In this document: positions 62,720 through 64,000 of the stretch, piece after piece
Layout of the letters: every line of letters starts with the position of its first letter
How positions within the stretch are numbered: position 1 is the stretch's first letter
DNA from: Camelus ferus
Taxonomy: Eukaryota
Assembly (NCBI RefSeq): GCF_009834535.1
Contig: NC_045697.1
Location: forward strand, 91,700,001-91,764,000
Reading direction: 5' to 3'
Length of the DNA: 64,000 bases
Notes under the pieces: model-generated
Told to the model about the DNA's origin: nothing
The model's input: only the letters and a program-made list of their open reading frames with translations
The model's database searches: none
Translations under genes and position numbers: made by a program

Positions 62720-63750
62720 TCCACTGTATATATGTATACATTCCACTGTGTGTGTATATATATATACACATTCCATTGCATGTGTGTGTGTATATATATA
62801 TTCCATTGTATATATACGTGTGTGTATATATATCTATATCCGTATCTATATCTATATCTCACATCTTCTTTATCCATTTATCTCTTATTGGACACTTAGG
62901 GTTGCTTTCTTCTTTTGACTACTATGACTAACGCTGCTGTAAACATGGGTGTAAAAATCTCTCTTTGAGACCCTGCTTTCAGTTCTTTTGGGCTTGTAGC
63001 CACAAGTGGAATTGCTGGATCATATGGTAATTCTGTTTAATTTTGGGGGGACCGTACTGTTTTCCGTGGCAGCTGCACCGCTTTACATTTTCGCCAGCGA
63101 TGTAGGAGGATTCCAACTTGCCCACGTCCTCGTCAACAATCATTTCATTACTTTCTGTTTTTCCTTTTTGATAACAGCCATCCTAATGGGTGTGAAATGG
63201 TATCCAGTTGTAGTTTTGATTTGTACTTTCCTAATGATTAATGATGTCAAGCATCTTTTCTTGTGATTTTTGGCTCTTTGTATCTTTTTTGAAGAAATGT
63301 CTATTCAAGTCCTTTGTCCATTTTTTGACTGGTTTATTTTTGTGTTGTTGAGCTGGAGGAATTCTTTGTGTATTCTGGATATTAAACCCTTATCATATAT
63401 ATAATTTGCAAATACTTTTCCCATTCCATAGGTTGCCGTTTACTCTGTTGATACCGTCCTTTAATACATAAAAGTTTTAAATTTTGACATAATCTGATTT
63501 ATCTATTTTTCTTTTGCTACCTGTGCTTTAGCTGTCATATCCAAAAAAATCATTGCCAAGTCTATCATCTGGAACATTTTCTCTGTTTTCTTCTAAGGAT
63601 TTTACAGTTTTAGCTCTTAACATTTAGATCTTTGATCCATTTTGATTTAATTTTTGTATATCGTGCAAGGTAAGAATCCAACTTCATTCTTTTACATGTA
63701 AGTATCCAGGTTTTTGCAACATCGCTTGTTGAAAAGACTGTCCTTTCTCA
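62247..63750 (-). mobile_element. 5'-truncated L1 (artiodactyl/laurasiatherian type), 3' ~1.5 kb
   Basis: T-rich tail, gattccacatgtgagt, and the minus-strand translation KILPFAATWMDLEGLILSEMS matching the L1 ORF2 C-terminus. Ends near gttgaaaagactgtcctttc. Confidence 0.9.
62674..62850. repeat. Compound tandem repeat inside the L1: five ATTCCA(T/C)TG units separated by (TG)/(TA) tracts
   Basis: Units start at 62674, 62718, 62740, 62770 and 62800. The first spacer is a ~(TG)18 run. Confidence 0.9.
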
Positions 63751-64000
63751 AATAAATGAAATGTTTTTGAAGAATGGAAGATCCATAGAGTAGGTAAGGA
63801 TCTAGTCAAAGAGCAAGATGACAAGTTTGTGGTCATATTCTAGGCTGAATATCAGACTCAGCACTTTGGAGTTAATTTAGGAGGGACTAAGGTGTCATTG
63901 ATTAGGGCTGTAGTTTAGAAAATAAATCTGCTGGCCAGTGTAGGATTGGTTACGGTGCGGGGGAGTTTGCAGTGTGTTTGGAAGCAAAAAAAAAACAAAC

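Noticed and set aside
62338..62931. 179-aa and VCVCVC ORFs, or a CRISPR-like repeat-spacer array
   Set aside because: The ORFs are the L1 ORF2 C-terminus plus dinucleotide repeats. The repeats are only 9 bp with low-complexity spacers, in a mammalian L1 with no cas genes.

Overview
AT-rich, CpG-depleted placental-mammal genomic DNA. I recognise no protein-coding exon, functional RNA gene or CRISPR array. A tRNA-Ala-derived SINE at 7520-7676 matches, from memory, the camelid Vic-1 SINE, and I see no Alu, B1/B2, Bov-A/BovB or PRE elements, so the source is probably a camel, alpaca or llama. Much of the window is a layered fossil record of transposons: MIR/MIR3, L2, CR1/L3, old and lineage-specific L1, MaLR (MLT1) LTRs including one element with its internal region, LTR33, and the hAT elements MER96, MER5 and MER113. 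Several microsatellites are also present. The supplied ORFs are chance ORFs, simple-repeat translations or decayed L1/L2 ORF2 remnants. All recognisable L1 fragments lie on the minus strand, hinting that the window is inside an intron of a plus-strand gene. The best leads are repeat-poor blocks with enhancer-like motif clusters (especially 48.9-49.5 kb), two orphan exon-like segments and a local CpG-rich patch. I found no evidence for a new biological system. Subfamily names are from memory, and boundaries are approximate unless target-site duplications (TSDs) are quoted.
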